Positions 1 to 9,292 of a DNA stretch of 64,000 bases are shown piece by piece. Under the pieces are notes generated by a model. It saw only the letters and a program-made list of their open reading frames with translations, did not search any database and was not told where the DNA came from. The position numbers were made by a program, and so were the translations under genes. Source of the stretch: Candidatus Marinacidobacterium sp. (GTDB lineage: Bacteria > Acidobacteriota > Vicinamibacteria > Marinacidobacterales > Marinacidobacteraceae); the NCBI GenBank assembly GCA_965243415.1, contig OZ251549.1:3899802-3963801 (forward strand). Reading direction: 5' to 3'. Numbering within the stretch: the stretch's first letter is position 1; each line of letters starts with the position of its first letter.

Positions 1-88
1 CTGCGCGAGTTGAACCGAACGACCGCCCGAAAGACCCTCCCGACAGACCTCACGACCCACTGTCGACGACACCCCAAACCTTGACCTT

Positions 89-148
89 GCCCTCACTGCG
101 TCCCGCGCCCCTCTCGACCGGAGATCGGCGCCTTCCGGTGGTGAGGGC
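89..148 (+). promoter_or_regulatory. Nested inverted repeat in the hicA leader abutting the start codon (candidate operator or SD-sequestering stem-loop)
   Basis: GCCCTCAC (89-96) is the reverse complement of GTGAGGGC (141-148). An inner ACCGGA/TCCGGT pair lies between them. The hicA ATG is at 151. The same element recurs before the second hicA. Confidence 0.4.
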
Positions 149-150
149 CC

Positions 151-387
151 ATGCCGCCTAAGGCCGGAGAAGCCATCGAGATGGTGGAGTTCTACGGCTG
201 GAAGCGGCTGAAGAAGACCCGCGGCAGCCACCGCCAGTTCAAGCACGGCACGAAGAGAGGTAGAGTCTCGGTGCCGGGGCCCCTCCGCAGGGTGTTGAAG
301 TGGGGCACCTGGAAGAGCATCGTGCGCCAAGCCGACCTGCCGAGACGAATCCTCCGGGAGTATCCGACCTGGAAACGCTGGAGATGA
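151..387 (+). CDS. hicA: HicA-family mRNA interferase toxin (copy 1)
   Basis: 78 aa with a YcfA/HicA-like core (GWKRLKKTRGSHRQFKH..GRVSVPG). The stop overlaps the downstream hicB start as ATGA (384-387). Confidence 0.85.
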   Translation: MPPKAGEAIEMVEFYGWKRLKKTRGSHRQFKHGTKRGRVSVPGPLRRVLKWGTWKSIVRQADLPRRILREYPTWKRWR

Positions 388-1463
388 AGCGCGTCTATCC
401 GATCGTCGTGCAACGCGGCCGGACCCTGTACGGCGCGTACGCCCCGGAGGTGCCGGGCACCTTCGCCACGGAGCGGACGCTCCCGGAGGCCCGACGCCGG
501 GTGCGGACGACCATCGCCAGGCACCTCGGGCTGGTCGGTGAGATGGGAGATGAAATCCCGGAGCCGGACCCGAAGGTCGCCCGGGCACTCGCCCGCGCCA
601 CCGACCCCGGGAGCGGGCTCCCGGTGGATCCGGCCATCGAGATCGTCAGCGTCTCGGTCGGGCCGGAAGACGCTCCGCCGGAGGCGCCGCCCGAGCCGGA
701 CCCGGCGCTGCCGGAAGCCGGTCGCAGGCGCCCGTGGAACGAGACCTTCGTCGCCGTGATCGCCGGGACTCCGGGAGACTATGGCGGCGAGGCGTTCGAC
801 CTGCCGGGCTGCGTCAGCGTCGGCGACACCATGGAGGAGATGCGGCGGAACCTGGCCGAGGCCATCTCGCTCCAGGTCCAGGGCATGGTGGACGACGGGC
901 ACCCCCTGCCCGAATGCCGCCTCACCCCCGAAGAGGCGCTGCGGCGGTTCCACGAAGATCCCGACAACGATCCGGCGAATCCCGAGAATGCCGCGGTCGC
1001 GGAACGCGTCACCGTGGAAGTGCGGCCGCCTCGCCCGCAGGCGCAGGTGCTGAACGCCATCTGGAAACAGGCATACGAGGCCGAGGGAACCTTCGAGAAG
1101 GACTGTTTCCTCCCGGCGCCGGTGGCTCCCGGAGAGTCCTGGAACGGGGCCTACGCGGCGGAGATCTTCCAGGTGGACGGGATCTGGCACGGACTGATCC
1201 CGGACCTGGCCCGGTGTCACGAAATCGGACGCACTCGCGAGGAACTGCGACGCAGCCTGCAGACCGCCATCGCCGACCGCCTGCTCGAGGAGGTCGCCTC
1301 CACCGGCGCCATTCCGCTTCCGCGTCGAACCGCGGAAACGGCCAGGGCGCGCCACAATCTCCGTTGGGCCGGCGAAGGGGAGGACGAATTCCCGAACCCG
1401 GACGTCACCTTCGAGATGATCCCGGTGGAGATCGTCGCGCCGGCCGTCGCCTGCGCAAGTTGA
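384..1463 (+). CDS. hicB: HicB-like antitoxin with three tandem HicB_N (UPF0150-type) domains (copy 1)
   Basis: In-frame ATG at 384 within track ORF 300..1463. Three internally repeated segments fit the HicB N-domain pattern: YPIVVQRGRTLYGAYAPEVPGTFATERTLPEARRRV; FVAVIAGTPGDYGGEAFDLPGCVSVGDTMEEMRRNLAEAI; YAAEIFQVDGIWHGLIPDLARCHEIGRTREELRRSL. I see no RHH or HTH tail. Confidence 0.8.
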   Translation: MKRVYPIVVQRGRTLYGAYAPEVPGTFATERTLPEARRRVRTTIARHLGLVGEMGDEIPEPDPKVARALARATDPGSGLPVDPAIEIVSVSVGPEDAPPEAPPEPDPALPEAGRRRPWNETFVAVIAGTPGDYGGEAFDLPGCVSVGDTMEEMRRNLAEAISLQVQGMVDDGHPLPECRLTPEEALRRFHEDPDNDPANPENAAVAERVTVEVRPPRPQAQVLNAIWKQAYEAEGTFEKDCFLPAPVAPGESWNGAYAAEIFQVDGIWHGLIPDLARCHEIGRTREELRRSLQTAIADRLLEEVASTGAIPLPRRTAETARARHNLRWAGEGEDEFPNPDVTFEMIPVEIVAPAVACAS

Positions 1464-1528
1464 GCCGAAAGACCTTCCCGACAGACCTCACGACCAACTG
1501 TCGACGACACACCCAGAACCTTGACCTT

Positions 1529-1588
1529 GCCCTCACTGCGCCCCGCGCCCTTCTCGACCGGAGATCGGCGCCTTCCGGTGGTGAGGGC
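1529..1588 (+). promoter_or_regulatory. Second copy of the hicA-leader inverted repeat
   Basis: GCCCTCAC (1529-1536) pairs with GTGAGGGC (1581-1588), immediately before the hicA ATG at 1591. Conserved with the element at 89-148. Confidence 0.4.
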
Positions 1589-1590
1589 CC

Positions 1591-1821
1591 ATGCCGCCTG
1601 AAGTCTGGCTCGCCATCAAGATCGTGAAGCGCGTCGGATGGAAACACGAGGAGACCACGGGCAGCCATCGACAGTTCGAGCACGACGACAGACCCGGCAA
1701 GGTTACGATTGCCGGTCGTCGCGGCGCGACCATGAAGATCGAGGCTTGGAAAAGTGTCGTGGCGCAGGCCGGTCTCCCGAAATGGATCATCCGCAACTAC
1801 CATCTCTGGAAGCGTCTGTGA
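1591..1821 (+). CDS. hicA: HicA-family toxin (copy 2)
   Basis: 76 aa, GWKHEETTGSHRQFEH..GKVTIAG. The stop TGA (1819-1821) overlaps the hicB ATG at 1821. Confidence 0.85.
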   Translation: MPPEVWLAIKIVKRVGWKHEETTGSHRQFEHDDRPGKVTIAGRRGATMKIEAWKSVVAQAGLPKWIIRNYHLWKRL

Positions 1822-2900
1822 TGAAACGCGCCTACCCGGTCGTGGTCGAACGCGGCCCGACGCTGTACGGCGCGTACGCCACGGAGGTCCCCGGTACCTT
1901 CGTGGTGGCGCGAACGCTCCCGGAGGCGGGGCGCCGGGTGCGGGCGGTCATCGCCCGGCGCCTGCGGTTGGTCGGCGAGATGGGGGATGAGATCCCGGCG
2001 CCGGACCCGAAGGTCGCCCGTGCGCTCGCCCGCGTCACCGACCCCGGGAGCGGGCTCCCGGTGGATCCGGCGTTCCAGATCGTCACCGTCGAAGTCGGGC
2101 CCGAGGACGCTCCTCCGGAGGCGCCGCCCGAGCCGGACCCGGCGCTGCCGGAAGCCGGCCGTTCCAAACCGTGGAACGAGACCTTCGTGGCCGTCCTCGG
2201 GAAGACTCCCCAAAACTACTGCGGCGAAGTCCCCGACCTGCCGGTCTGCCTCAGCGTCGGCGACACCATGGAGGAGTTGCGGCGAAACATGGCCGAAGCG
2301 ATGTCGATGCATGTCCAGAGCATGGTGGACGACGGGGATCCCCTGCCCGAACGCCTCCTCACGCCCGAAGAGGCGCTGCGGCGTTACTACGACGATCCCG
2401 ACACCGATCCCACGAATCCCGAGGACGCCGCGGTCGCGGAGAGAATCACCGTGGAGATCCGGCCACCGCGTCCGCAGGCGCGCGTGCTGAAGGCCGTCCG
2501 GCGGCAGGCGCGCCGGAACGAAAAGAAGTTCGAGAAGGACTGCGCGGCGCGGACTGCGGTCGGTCCCGGGGAATCGTGGAGTGGCGCCTATGCCGCGGAG
2601 ATCTTCCAGGTGGACGGGATCTGGCACGGCCTGATCCCGGACTTGGCCAAGTGTCTCGAAATCGGGCGGACGCGCCGGGAACTCCGGCGCAGACTGCAGG
2701 CCGCCATCGCCGACCGCCTGCTCGAGGAAGTAGCCTCCGCCGGCGCCGTTCCGCTTCCGCGCCGCACCGCGCACACGGCCGCCGCCCGCCATAATCTCGA
2801 CGCGGCCGGTGAAGGCGAGGACGAATTCCCCGACCCGGACTTCACCTTCGAAATGATCCCGGTGGAGATCGTCGCCCCCGCCGTCGCCTGCGCGAGTTGA
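1821..2900 (+). CDS. hicB: Triple-domain HicB-like antitoxin (copy 2)
   Basis: ATG at 1821 is in frame with track ORF 1638..2900. The protein is colinear and highly similar to copy 1 (MKRAYPVVVERGPTLYGAYATEVPGTF...). Confidence 0.8.
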   Translation: MKRAYPVVVERGPTLYGAYATEVPGTFVVARTLPEAGRRVRAVIARRLRLVGEMGDEIPAPDPKVARALARVTDPGSGLPVDPAFQIVTVEVGPEDAPPEAPPEPDPALPEAGRSKPWNETFVAVLGKTPQNYCGEVPDLPVCLSVGDTMEELRRNMAEAMSMHVQSMVDDGDPLPERLLTPEEALRRYYDDPDTDPTNPEDAAVAERITVEIRPPRPQARVLKAVRRQARRNEKKFEKDCAARTAVGPGESWSGAYAAEIFQVDGIWHGLIPDLAKCLEIGRTRRELRRRLQAAIADRLLEEVASAGAVPLPRRTAHTAAARHNLDAAGEGEDEFPDPDFTFEMIPVEIVAPAVACAS

Positions 2901-4048
2901 ACCGAACCATGACCGAACCGGAAGCAGAACCGACCCGAACCGATCCCCCAACCGAGTCGGCCGGCGCGGAATCGGAGCGGCAGGTCTTCGCCTTCGTGGT
3001 GGAAGAGGGGCCGAACGGCTTCGGGGCGTACGCGCCGGACCACCCGGCCTCCTTCGCCACCGGGAGCACCTTCGAGGAGGCGGTCCGCGCCTCGCGGGAT
3101 TCCCTGGCGACCCAACTGCGACTGCTCCACGGGATGGGCGACTACCTCCCGCACGCGGAACCGGAGACCGGGGGGCGTATGGAGCGCGCCGGCCGCACCG
3201 CCGAGGGCGAGGTCACCGACCCGGACCTCCGGATCGTCCTCCGGGAAGTCGGCCCCGAAGACGCGCCGCCGGACGCGCCCTCGCCGCCGCCCGTCGAAGG
3301 ACCGGCGCCGCCGCCGCGTCGGGAGAGTTTCCAGGCAGTCTTCGCCCAAGAGTCCGGTTACTACCTGGGCTACATCCCCGACCTGCCCGGCGGCATGGCC
3401 ATCTCCGACACCCTGGACGAGGCGCGCGAAGACCTGCTGCTCGGCACCACCGAGGGCCTGCAGAGCAAGGTGGACCTGGGCGAGACGATCCCCGAGAAAC
3501 GCCGGACCACGGAGGAGGCGATCACGCACCACTACGGACTCCGGCCGGAGAAGCCCCCTTCGCCCGGGGAATACGCCCCGAGGATCGAGACGGTGACCAT
3601 CGCTCTCAAGCCGCCCCGGGCGGCCGCCCGGATGCTGAAGCAGATGGAAGACGACGCCCTCGAACTCCGGGAGCGGTTCGAGGAAGGCCGCTGCCGCCGC
3701 CGGCCGCTGAAGCCCGGCGCTTCCTGGACCGGCCGTTACGCCGCGGTCTTCGAGCCCGGCGTCTTCTGTCCCACGGCCTATATCCCGGACCTCCCCGCCT
3801 GCTGTGTCGAGGGCGAGAACCGCGCCGAGGTACGGAAGAACCTCCACCGCGCCTTGACCGTCCACCTCTATCGCGCCCTCTCCGACAAGGGGACCTTCCC
3901 CCTGCCCCGCCGCAACCGCGCCCAGGCCCGGGCCCACAAACTGCGGAAGACCGTCGAATACGGCTTCGACCCCGAAGACGACCAGGGCGCCCACGAGACC
4001 GCGATGATCTCCGTCACCCTCCGCGCCCCCCACCCGGACTCCCGGTGA
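2897..4048 (+). CDS. Divergent triple-domain HicB-like protein without a cognate hicA; translationally coupled to hsdS
   Basis: Three HicB_N-like segments: FAFVVEEGPNGFGAYAPDHPASFATGSTFEEA; FQAVFAQESGYYLGYIPDLPGGMAISDTLDEA; YAAVFEPGVFCPTAYIPDLPACCVEGENRAEV. The start may instead be ATG 2909. The stop overlaps the hsdS GTG as GTGA (4045-4048). Confidence 0.7.
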   Translation: MNRTMTEPEAEPTRTDPPTESAGAESERQVFAFVVEEGPNGFGAYAPDHPASFATGSTFEEAVRASRDSLATQLRLLHGMGDYLPHAEPETGGRMERAGRTAEGEVTDPDLRIVLREVGPEDAPPDAPSPPPVEGPAPPPRRESFQAVFAQESGYYLGYIPDLPGGMAISDTLDEAREDLLLGTTEGLQSKVDLGETIPEKRRTTEEAITHHYGLRPEKPPSPGEYAPRIETVTIALKPPRAAARMLKQMEDDALELRERFEEGRCRRRPLKPGASWTGRYAAVFEPGVFCPTAYIPDLPACCVEGENRAEVRKNLHRALTVHLYRALSDKGTFPLPRRNRAQARAHKLRKTVEYGFDPEDDQGAHETAMISVTLRAPHPDSR

Positions 4049-5262
4049 CGCCGCCAGCATCGCGCTCGCTCCCCGAGGGCTGGGCCGTCGTGCCTCTTCG
4101 GAGGATCGCCTTCATCGGTGCAGGCGACCCCGCCCCACAGGACCCTGCCGACTTCGAGAACGGATGCCATCCGTTCGTCCGCACTGCCGATGTCGGCCGG
4201 GTCAAACGCTCCGGGGCCTTCCGCGGAACACGAGATCGCCTCACCGACGACGCTGTCCGCGAGCGACGACTCCGCTGCTGGCCGGCCGGGACGATTTTGG
4301 TCCCGAAGAGCGGCGCATCCACTGCTCTCAACAACCGCGTCCGCCTCGCTGAGCCCGCGTATGTCTCCTCCCATCTCGCTACAGTTCGCGCCCGCCCCGG
4401 AATCCATGAGGCATTTCTCTATCACGCACTCTGCCGTCTCGACGCGAATATGCTGATCGGTAACGCCGGATATCCATCTCTCAGCCTCGCCGAGTTGGGC
4501 TCCGCCCCCGTCCCGCTGCCGCCCCTGCGTGACCAAGAATCCATCTCGTCCGTGCTGCAGTCCGTCGATCACACTACCTTCCACACCGACGCCGTCACAC
4601 GAGCTACAGCTGCCCTTCGCCGCGCCCTGTCGCATCGTGTCCTGCACACCGGGCCAATCTACCGCCCGTCATCTCAGTCGGTGCCCGGAGTCTCCGAACG
4701 CCGCTCTCCCTCGATTGCCTCCACGCTCACCGTCGCCGACGCGCTCCGCCCGTTCCGTTTCAACCGCCGACAACAGGTCCCAAAACGGGCATATCGACCG
4801 AGTGGCACGTGGCCAGTCTACGACCAGAGTCCCAACGTCCCTGCTGCCTTCACCGATGATCCTCACCATGTCCTCCATTCTCGTGAGCCCGTCATTATTT
4901 TCGGCGACCACACAAAGACCTTCAAGTACGTCACCGCGCCGTTTGCTCTCGGAGCCGAAGGAACCAAGCCCTTTCTCGTAAGTCCTGATCTCGACCCGCG
5001 TTACGTCTTCCATGCCCTATTGAGCGTTCGAATTCCGGGAAGCGGCTACAATCGCTACTGGTCATCCCTGGCACGCCAGACACTCCACATTCCATCCCCA
5101 TCCAAGCAACGAGTCATCGCCGATTTCTTCGACTCGGTGGCTGACGCCGTCGAATCGGCAGAGTTCGCCGCGACTGCATCCGATTGTCTCTACAACTCGC
5201 TGCTCAACAGTACGACGCACGGACTGCAGCCAAAAGCCGGGCCCCACCCCGTGGAGTACTGA
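4045..5262 (+). CDS. hsdS: Type I restriction-modification specificity subunit HsdS
   Basis: 405 aa with a two-TRD layout and typical motifs: LPEGWAVVPLRRIA near the N-terminus and a central conserved PLPPLRDQESISSVL. GC is visibly lower than in the neighbours. Confidence 0.85.
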   Translation: MTPPASRSLPEGWAVVPLRRIAFIGAGDPAPQDPADFENGCHPFVRTADVGRVKRSGAFRGTRDRLTDDAVRERRLRCWPAGTILVPKSGASTALNNRVRLAEPAYVSSHLATVRARPGIHEAFLYHALCRLDANMLIGNAGYPSLSLAELGSAPVPLPPLRDQESISSVLQSVDHTTFHTDAVTRATAALRRALSHRVLHTGPIYRPSSQSVPGVSERRSPSIASTLTVADALRPFRFNRRQQVPKRAYRPSGTWPVYDQSPNVPAAFTDDPHHVLHSREPVIIFGDHTKTFKYVTAPFALGAEGTKPFLVSPDLDPRYVFHALLSVRIPGSGYNRYWSSLARQTLHIPSPSKQRVIADFFDSVADAVESAEFAATASDCLYNSLLNSTTHGLQPKAGPHPVEY

Positions 5263-5266
5263 ACAG

Positions 5267-6205
5267 ATGGCTCCGCTGACACACTTCATGAAGATGTACC
5301 GCACAGCGCACTCCGCAATGCTCGCGGCCATCGAGATCTACAACAAGCCAGTCGTTGAGCATCGCGAACAGACATTCTCCATTCTGTTCGTCAACGCATG
5401 GGAGATATTCTTCAAGGCAAGAATCGTCCAGCAGAACGGTAACGACCTGCGATCCATCTATGTCCGTGACAAGGATGGTATCCGCTTTCGCAGAAATCGA
5501 CTGACAGGGGACATTCTCACCATCGACCTCAGCGTTGCGATGGAGCGATCGGTAGCGCCACATGCCGTACAGGCCAACGTCCGAGGTATGACTGGTATAC
5601 GGAATGCTGCTATACACATGGGCACCCTCGCACCAAGTATAAGGACACGGATTCTCCAATTTGGCACGGCCGGCGTTCAATCCTTCGCACGACTGTGCGG
5701 CCGGTGGTTCGGTCAAAGCATGCATGCTCCGTATCTTCTGCCGCTCGGATTTGTGGGGTCAGCGGAGTTGGCTGTCGCGGCCGTCGGCGGAAAACAGAGA
5801 GATTTGCTTCGTTTTCTGGAAGGACTGTGCGATAGTGTCGGCGATGACTGCGACGGGTTCCGGGTATCCATAGCGACTCCTGTCCTCTTGAACCCAAAAA
5901 ACAGTGGCGGTGCGACGATTGGAGTAACCAATGACCCTACTGCGCCGACACTGCGGATGGAGGAAAATGATCTTCTCGATCGTTATTCGTCGACATATGG
6001 GGAGATGGTGGCAGTGTGTAAACGCAGATACTCCGACTTCAAGTGCAACAAGGCCTTCTATGCGATCAAGGCCAGATTCGACAAGGATCCAACGTGCTGC
6101 CTCGAGCGAAAGTTGGACCCGAAACGCGAGAGGGGGATCCTCAAGAGGTTCTACAACGTCGATGCTGTCTTCATCTACTTGGACAAGGCGTACACCGCTT
6201 CGTGA
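5267..6205 (+). CDS. DUF3644-like protein (accessory gene commonly embedded in type I R-M loci)
   Basis: The N-terminal pattern AMLAAIEIYNKP..HREQTFSILFVNAWEIFFKA matches my recollection of DUF3644. It sits between hsdS and hsdR, and its stop overlaps the hsdR GTG (GTGA, 6202-6205). Confidence 0.6.
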   Translation: MAPLTHFMKMYRTAHSAMLAAIEIYNKPVVEHREQTFSILFVNAWEIFFKARIVQQNGNDLRSIYVRDKDGIRFRRNRLTGDILTIDLSVAMERSVAPHAVQANVRGMTGIRNAAIHMGTLAPSIRTRILQFGTAGVQSFARLCGRWFGQSMHAPYLLPLGFVGSAELAVAAVGGKQRDLLRFLEGLCDSVGDDCDGFRVSIATPVLLNPKNSGGATIGVTNDPTAPTLRMEENDLLDRYSSTYGEMVAVCKRRYSDFKCNKAFYAIKARFDKDPTCCLERKLDPKRERGILKRFYNVDAVFIYLDKAYTAS

Positions 6206-9200
6206 CGTCCGTGGAAGCAGCCTACGCGGAGTGCCCAGCGCGGGCTCTCTTGGAGAGTCTCGGCTGGTTGTACCGACCGGGCCTCGGGGATGCGCGGAAT
6301 CGAGACGGCGCGAGGGACTCGCTGCTCGTTGATCGGCTGCGGGAGGCTCTGCTGCGGCTCAACGAGTGGATGACAGAGCACGAGGCCGAGCGGGTTATCT
6401 CGCGGCTGCGGCGCTCGGAGGGGGTCGGGGTCGTGGAGAACCGGCGGGTGCATGAGTGGTTGATCTACGGGATGCCGTTCGACACCGGCGGGGGGAGCGG
6501 GCCCCGAACCCGGAGCGTGCAGTTCTTCGACTTCGAGAACCCCGAGGGCGGGCGGAACGAGTTCGTCGTCACCACCCAGTTCCCGGTTCGCGGCGGTCGG
6601 GACCGGATCATCGCCGACCTGGTGCTGTTCGTGAACGGGATCCCGCTCGTCGTGATGGAAGCGAAATCCCCGACCGTCGGGTCGGGTTGGAAGACCGAGG
6701 CGGTGGACCAACTGCGCCGCTACCAGGGACTCGGGCCGCAGTACCGCGACCGGGGCGCGCCGGACCTCTTCCGCACCAACCTGCTCACCGTCGCCCACTG
6801 CGGCGCGAGGGCGGCGTACGGCGCGGTCGGGGCCGGGGAGGACGCCTACGCCGAGTGGAAGTCGGTCGAACCGCTCACCGACGACGAGGTGCGGGAACGG
6901 TACGGGGTCGAGCCGACCGGGCAGGCCCAACTCATCGTCGGCCTGCTCCACCCCGCCATGGTGCTCGAAGTGCTGCGGGACTTCGTGCTCTACGAACCGC
7001 AGAAAGGCCGGCTGGTCAAGAAACTGCCCCGCTACCAGCAGTACCGGGCGGTGCGGAAGGCCCTCGCGCGAATCCGCTCCGGGGGCCGGCCGGAACAGCG
7101 GGGCGGCGTGATCTGGCATACCCAGGGGTCGGGCAAGTCGCTGACCGCCTTCTGGCTGGCGACGAAACTGCGGCGCGACCCGGCCTTCGGGAACGCCACC
7201 ATCCTGGTCGTCACCGACCGGCGGCAACTGAACCGCCAGATCCGCGACACCTTCGACCGCTGCGGGTTCCCGGCCCCGGAGATGGCCGAGAGCGGCAAAC
7301 ACCTGGCCCGCCTGCTGACGAGCGGCCGCGGGCGCACGGTGATGACCACCATTCAGAAGTTCGACGACGCGGTGCCCGAAGAGGAACGGGCCACCGCCAC
7401 GCTCGATCCCTCCGACGAGGTCGTCGTCATGGTGGACGAGGCGCACCGGACGCAGTACGGGACGCTGGGCGCGATCCTCTCGCAGGCCCTGCCCCGCGCC
7501 GCGCTCATCGGGTTCACCGGTACGCCGATAGACAAAGGGTTCCGGCGCAGCACGATGAAGCGATTCGGTTCGCTCATCGATCGCTACACCATCGAACAGG
7601 CGGTGGAGGACGGCGCCACCGTCGAGATCCGCTACGAAGCGCGGCTGCCGGACCTCGCGGTCGAGGGCCCCCGGACGCTCGACCAGATCTTCGACGCCAT
7701 GTTCGGCAAGGAATCGGAGGAGGTGCAGGAGCAGGCCCGCCGGCGCTACGCGAACAAGGAGACCGTCGCCGAAGCCGACCGACGGATCCAGACGATCGCG
7801 CTCGACATCGCGGAACACTTCAAGACCCGGATCCGCCCCAACGGCTTCAAGGCGCAGGTGGTTGCGCCCGGACGCCGCGCCGCGCTCCGCTATTCGGGGT
7901 ACCTGAACGATTTCGGGATCCCGGCGTACCCGATCATCACCGTGGAACGGGGCGACGGGCCGGAGTTCGACGCCGCCCGTGAAGTGGACGAGGAGCAGAC
8001 CATCGGCGCGTTCAAAGACCCCGAAGGCGAACCGGAGATCCTGGTCGTCGTGGACCGGCTGCTCACCGGTTTCGACGCGCCGGTGGAGCAGGTGCTCTAT
8101 CTCGACCATGTCCTCCGGGACCACAACCTGCTCCAGGCCATCGCCCGGGTGAACCGCCGATTCCGCCATCTCCGGGACGGCGTTTGGACCGAGAAGACCT
8201 ACGGCCTAGTGGTGGACTACTGCGGGGTATCGGGAAACCTGGAGCAGGCGCTCTCCTCGTTCGCCTCGTCCGAGGTGAAGGGCGCGATGCTCGAAACCGA
8301 AGCGGATCCGGCCACGGTCATCGAGGCGGCCGCCGTCCGCGCCGAATCGCATTTCAAGGGACGCGACCCGGGGGATCCCGCCGACGCGGCGCTGGTGTTC
8401 GTCGGCGACGGAGACGACTACGAAGGGAGCCGTTTCCGGGAGGACGCCTTCGAGCGGTTCGAAGCGGACTACCGGGCCTTCGCGCGCCTCATGGACCGTT
8501 TCCTTCCCGATCCACGCGCCCTGCGTTACGCGGACCGGCTGGCGCGGCTCAAGGGGATCCGGGCGTTCGTCCGCGCCCAGTACCTGCGCCGGGACGATGC
8601 GGTGGACTGGGCCGACCTCGGCGCCAAGGTGCGGCGGTTGATAGACGGCCGCATCTCCGCCGAAGTGCGGGAGTTGATGGCGCCGGTCTCCATCCTCGCC
8701 GGGGACTTCGAGGAGCGGATCGCCGCCCTGCCCCACGACGAAGCGCGGGCGTCGGTCATGGAACACGCGATCCGGGCGGAGATCCGCGAACGCCTGCGGG
8801 AGAACCGCGCCTACTACGAGAAGTTGTCCGAGAAACTGGCGCGCATCATCCGGGAACTGCGCGAGCAGGTGATCGAAGCCGCGGAGGCGGTGCGGCGGCT
8901 GCGCGAACTGCGCGCCGAGATGCGGGGGGAGGCCGACAGCGCCCGGGCGCGGGGGCTCTCGCCGCTCGCGTTCTCCATCTTCCGGTTGTTGGAACAGCAG
9001 CCGCCGGCGGCGGAACCGGCGGGGGCGGTCGGCGAGATCGCGGAGGAGGCGAATCCCGACGCGGACGCCGTTCGCTCGCGCGCCGCCGGGAAGATCGCGG
9101 AAGTCGTCGGGAAGTACCGGAAGTTCGTGGACTGGGAGGCGAACGAGGAGGTGCGGCGGCGGATGCGGCGGGAGATCAAGCGGCAACTGCGCGAGGACGG

Positions 9201-9273
9201 CTACGCGGAGATGCATCTCACCCGGCTGGCGGTCCAGGTGGTCGAGATCGCGCGGCGGCAGCCGGACGAGTGA
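6202..9273 (+). CDS. hsdR: Type I restriction enzyme R subunit HsdR (SF2 helicase-nuclease)
   Basis: In-frame GTG at 6202 within track ORF 6043..9273. Motifs present: HTQGSGKS, VVTDRRQL, DEAH box MVDEAHRTQYG, GFTGTPI and a QAIARVNR-type motif VI. Confidence 0.95.
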   Translation: MTSVEAAYAECPARALLESLGWLYRPGLGDARNRDGARDSLLVDRLREALLRLNEWMTEHEAERVISRLRRSEGVGVVENRRVHEWLIYGMPFDTGGGSGPRTRSVQFFDFENPEGGRNEFVVTTQFPVRGGRDRIIADLVLFVNGIPLVVMEAKSPTVGSGWKTEAVDQLRRYQGLGPQYRDRGAPDLFRTNLLTVAHCGARAAYGAVGAGEDAYAEWKSVEPLTDDEVRERYGVEPTGQAQLIVGLLHPAMVLEVLRDFVLYEPQKGRLVKKLPRYQQYRAVRKALARIRSGGRPEQRGGVIWHTQGSGKSLTAFWLATKLRRDPAFGNATILVVTDRRQLNRQIRDTFDRCGFPAPEMAESGKHLARLLTSGRGRTVMTTIQKFDDAVPEEERATATLDPSDEVVVMVDEAHRTQYGTLGAILSQALPRAALIGFTGTPIDKGFRRSTMKRFGSLIDRYTIEQAVEDGATVEIRYEARLPDLAVEGPRTLDQIFDAMFGKESEEVQEQARRRYANKETVAEADRRIQTIALDIAEHFKTRIRPNGFKAQVVAPGRRAALRYSGYLNDFGIPAYPIITVERGDGPEFDAAREVDEEQTIGAFKDPEGEPEILVVVDRLLTGFDAPVEQVLYLDHVLRDHNLLQAIARVNRRFRHLRDGVWTEKTYGLVVDYCGVSGNLEQALSSFASSEVKGAMLETEADPATVIEAAAVRAESHFKGRDPGDPADAALVFVGDGDDYEGSRFREDAFERFEADYRAFARLMDRFLPDPRALRYADRLARLKGIRAFVRAQYLRRDDAVDWADLGAKVRRLIDGRISAEVRELMAPVSILAGDFEERIAALPHDEARASVMEHAIRAEIRERLRENRAYYEKLSEKLARIIRELREQVIEAAEAVRRLRELRAEMRGEADSARARGLSPLAFSIFRLLEQQPPAAEPAGAVGEIAEEANPDADAVRSRAAGKIAEVVGKYRKFVDWEANEEVRRRMRREIKRQLREDGYAEMHLTRLAVQVVEIARRQPDE

Positions 9274-9292
9274 GGCGGACGGGTGCGGCGCC

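Larger units (their letters stand above)
1..2900 (+). repeat. Tandem duplication of a ~1.44 kb hicA-hicB module (unit boundaries near 1, 1451 and 2888)
   Basis: The string ctgcgc(g/a)agttga(a/g)ccgaa (end of hicB, ..ACAS stop) occurs at 1, 1451 and 2888. The ~150 nt leader after it at 1 and 1451 is near-identical, and both units carry colinear hicA and hicB ORFs. The window opens on the last 13 nt of a further upstream copy. Confidence 0.9.

Noticed and set aside
192-1355. 387 aa minus-strand ORF antisense to hicB (similarly 1797..2951 and 2588..4060)
   Set aside because: It is a mirror ORF of a GC-rich coding region with Arg/Gly/Pro-rich low-complexity translation. The plus-strand ORFs have clear HicA/HicB similarity and coupled start/stop signals.
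6175-8169. 664 aa minus-strand ORF and 508 aa off-frame plus ORF (6456..7982) inside hsdR
   Set aside because: They are shadow ORFs. The hsdR frame carries all helicase motifs, and the alternatives translate to Arg/Pro/Gly-rich sequence.
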